Shown here: positions 44,641 to 44,962 of the stretch, one piece after another
How the letters are laid out: every line of letters starts with the position of its first letter
How positions within the stretch are numbered: position 1 is the first letter of the stretch
Made by a program: the position numbers and the translations under genes
DNA from: an uncultured Gammaproteobacteria bacterium
Lineage (GTDB): Bacteria > Pseudomonadota > Gammaproteobacteria > UBA4575
Direction of reading: 5' to 3'
Assembly: GCA_963926275.1 (NCBI GenBank)
Contig: CAWUWP010000018.1
Coordinates: 1-44,962 of the forward strand
DNA: 44,962 bases
Notes under the pieces: generated by a model
What the model was told of the DNA's origin: nothing
The model's input: the letters and a program-made list of their open reading frames with translations, nothing else
Database searches by the model: none

Positions 44641-44813
44641 CAAAATACGTGTATAAACAACTATCAATTGCCTTAAATACAAGATAATTCTAAGTGTATG
44701 TTCAATGTGTCTCTACACAGCGATTTCACTGTGCTGTCAGTGATGCAAATGCCCCGCTAATAGGTTAGAGTTTTTCTTTACAAATCAATCAAATATCGCC
44801 CGATTATCTCCAA

Positions 44814-44962
44814 GTGAGCAAGAAACCTGTTAAATCCACCCTAACTGTTGGTGGCGCTACTCTAATCTCACGCATCTTTGGCTATGCTAGAGATGCCATC
44901 ATATTTATCGTGTTTGGTGCCAATGCCGGCACTGATGCTTTTTTTGTCGCATTTCGCATTCC
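44814..44962 (+). CDS. murJ: Lipid II flippase MurJ (MviN), N-terminal fragment running off the window
   Basis: A GTG-initiated frame gives VSKKPVKSTLTVGGATLISRIFGYARDAIIFIVFGANAGTDAFFVAFRIP. This is the conserved MurJ N-terminus (SR.LG..RD......FGA...DAF.VAF..P). The gene is divergent from rpsT, as in E. coli. The exact start codon is uncertain. Confidence 0.85.
   Translation, partial: MSKKPVKSTLTVGGATLISRIFGYARDAIIFIVFGANAGTDAFFVAFRI

Noticed and set aside
1-44962. I looked for CRISPR arrays, tandem repeat arrays, rRNA/tRNA genes, IS elements, integrases, phage genes and toxin-antitoxin or defence-system signatures.
   Set aside because: I saw no regularly spaced direct repeats, no tRNA-like cloverleaf candidates in the few long spacers, no transposase/integrase-like ORFs and no terminal inverted repeats. 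The only repeat structures are short regulatory-scale ones, which are reported separately.

Overview
This is a 45 kb chromosomal window from an AT-rich Gammaproteobacterium, judged from gene order (hemCDXY, gmk-rpoZ-spoT-ridA-recG, rplU-rpmA-obg-proB, rpsT/murJ). Most of it is densely packed core genes. I found no rRNA, tRNA, CRISPR array, transposase, integrase or phage genes.

Contents, left to right:
- hemC (5' truncated), hemD, hemX, hemY and an SDR epimerase-like gene.
- A translationally coupled 10-gene Mrp-type cation/proton antiporter cluster. It has a split MrpA, three NuoL/M/N-like subunits and an extra 74-aa His-rich membrane ORF.
- A very AT-rich islet holding a decayed SAM-methyltransferase pseudogene. 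It is followed by a divergent NTF2-like/Rieske pair, a BASS transporter and a small membrane protein.
- recG, ridA, spoT, rpoZ, gmk and an OmpA-type lipoprotein.
- Two adjacent uncharacterised ORFs that share a C-terminal motif. One carries a strongly basic Pro/Ala/Lys linker.
- A 26-aa hydrophobic micro-ORF.
- A large contiguous phosphate/polyphosphate block: phoU-pstBACS, phoRB, a porin with a Pho box, then ppk and ppx converging with overlapping 3' ends. PstC and PstA are long forms.
- cysS, ispB, rplU, rpmA, obg, proB, rpsT and the start of murJ.

The best candidates for something undescribed are the paralogous hypothetical pair at 22276-23652 next to the Pho/polyP block, the extra domains of PstC/PstA, and the unusual Mrp architecture with its small His-rich subunit. 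None of these can be proven from sequence alone.
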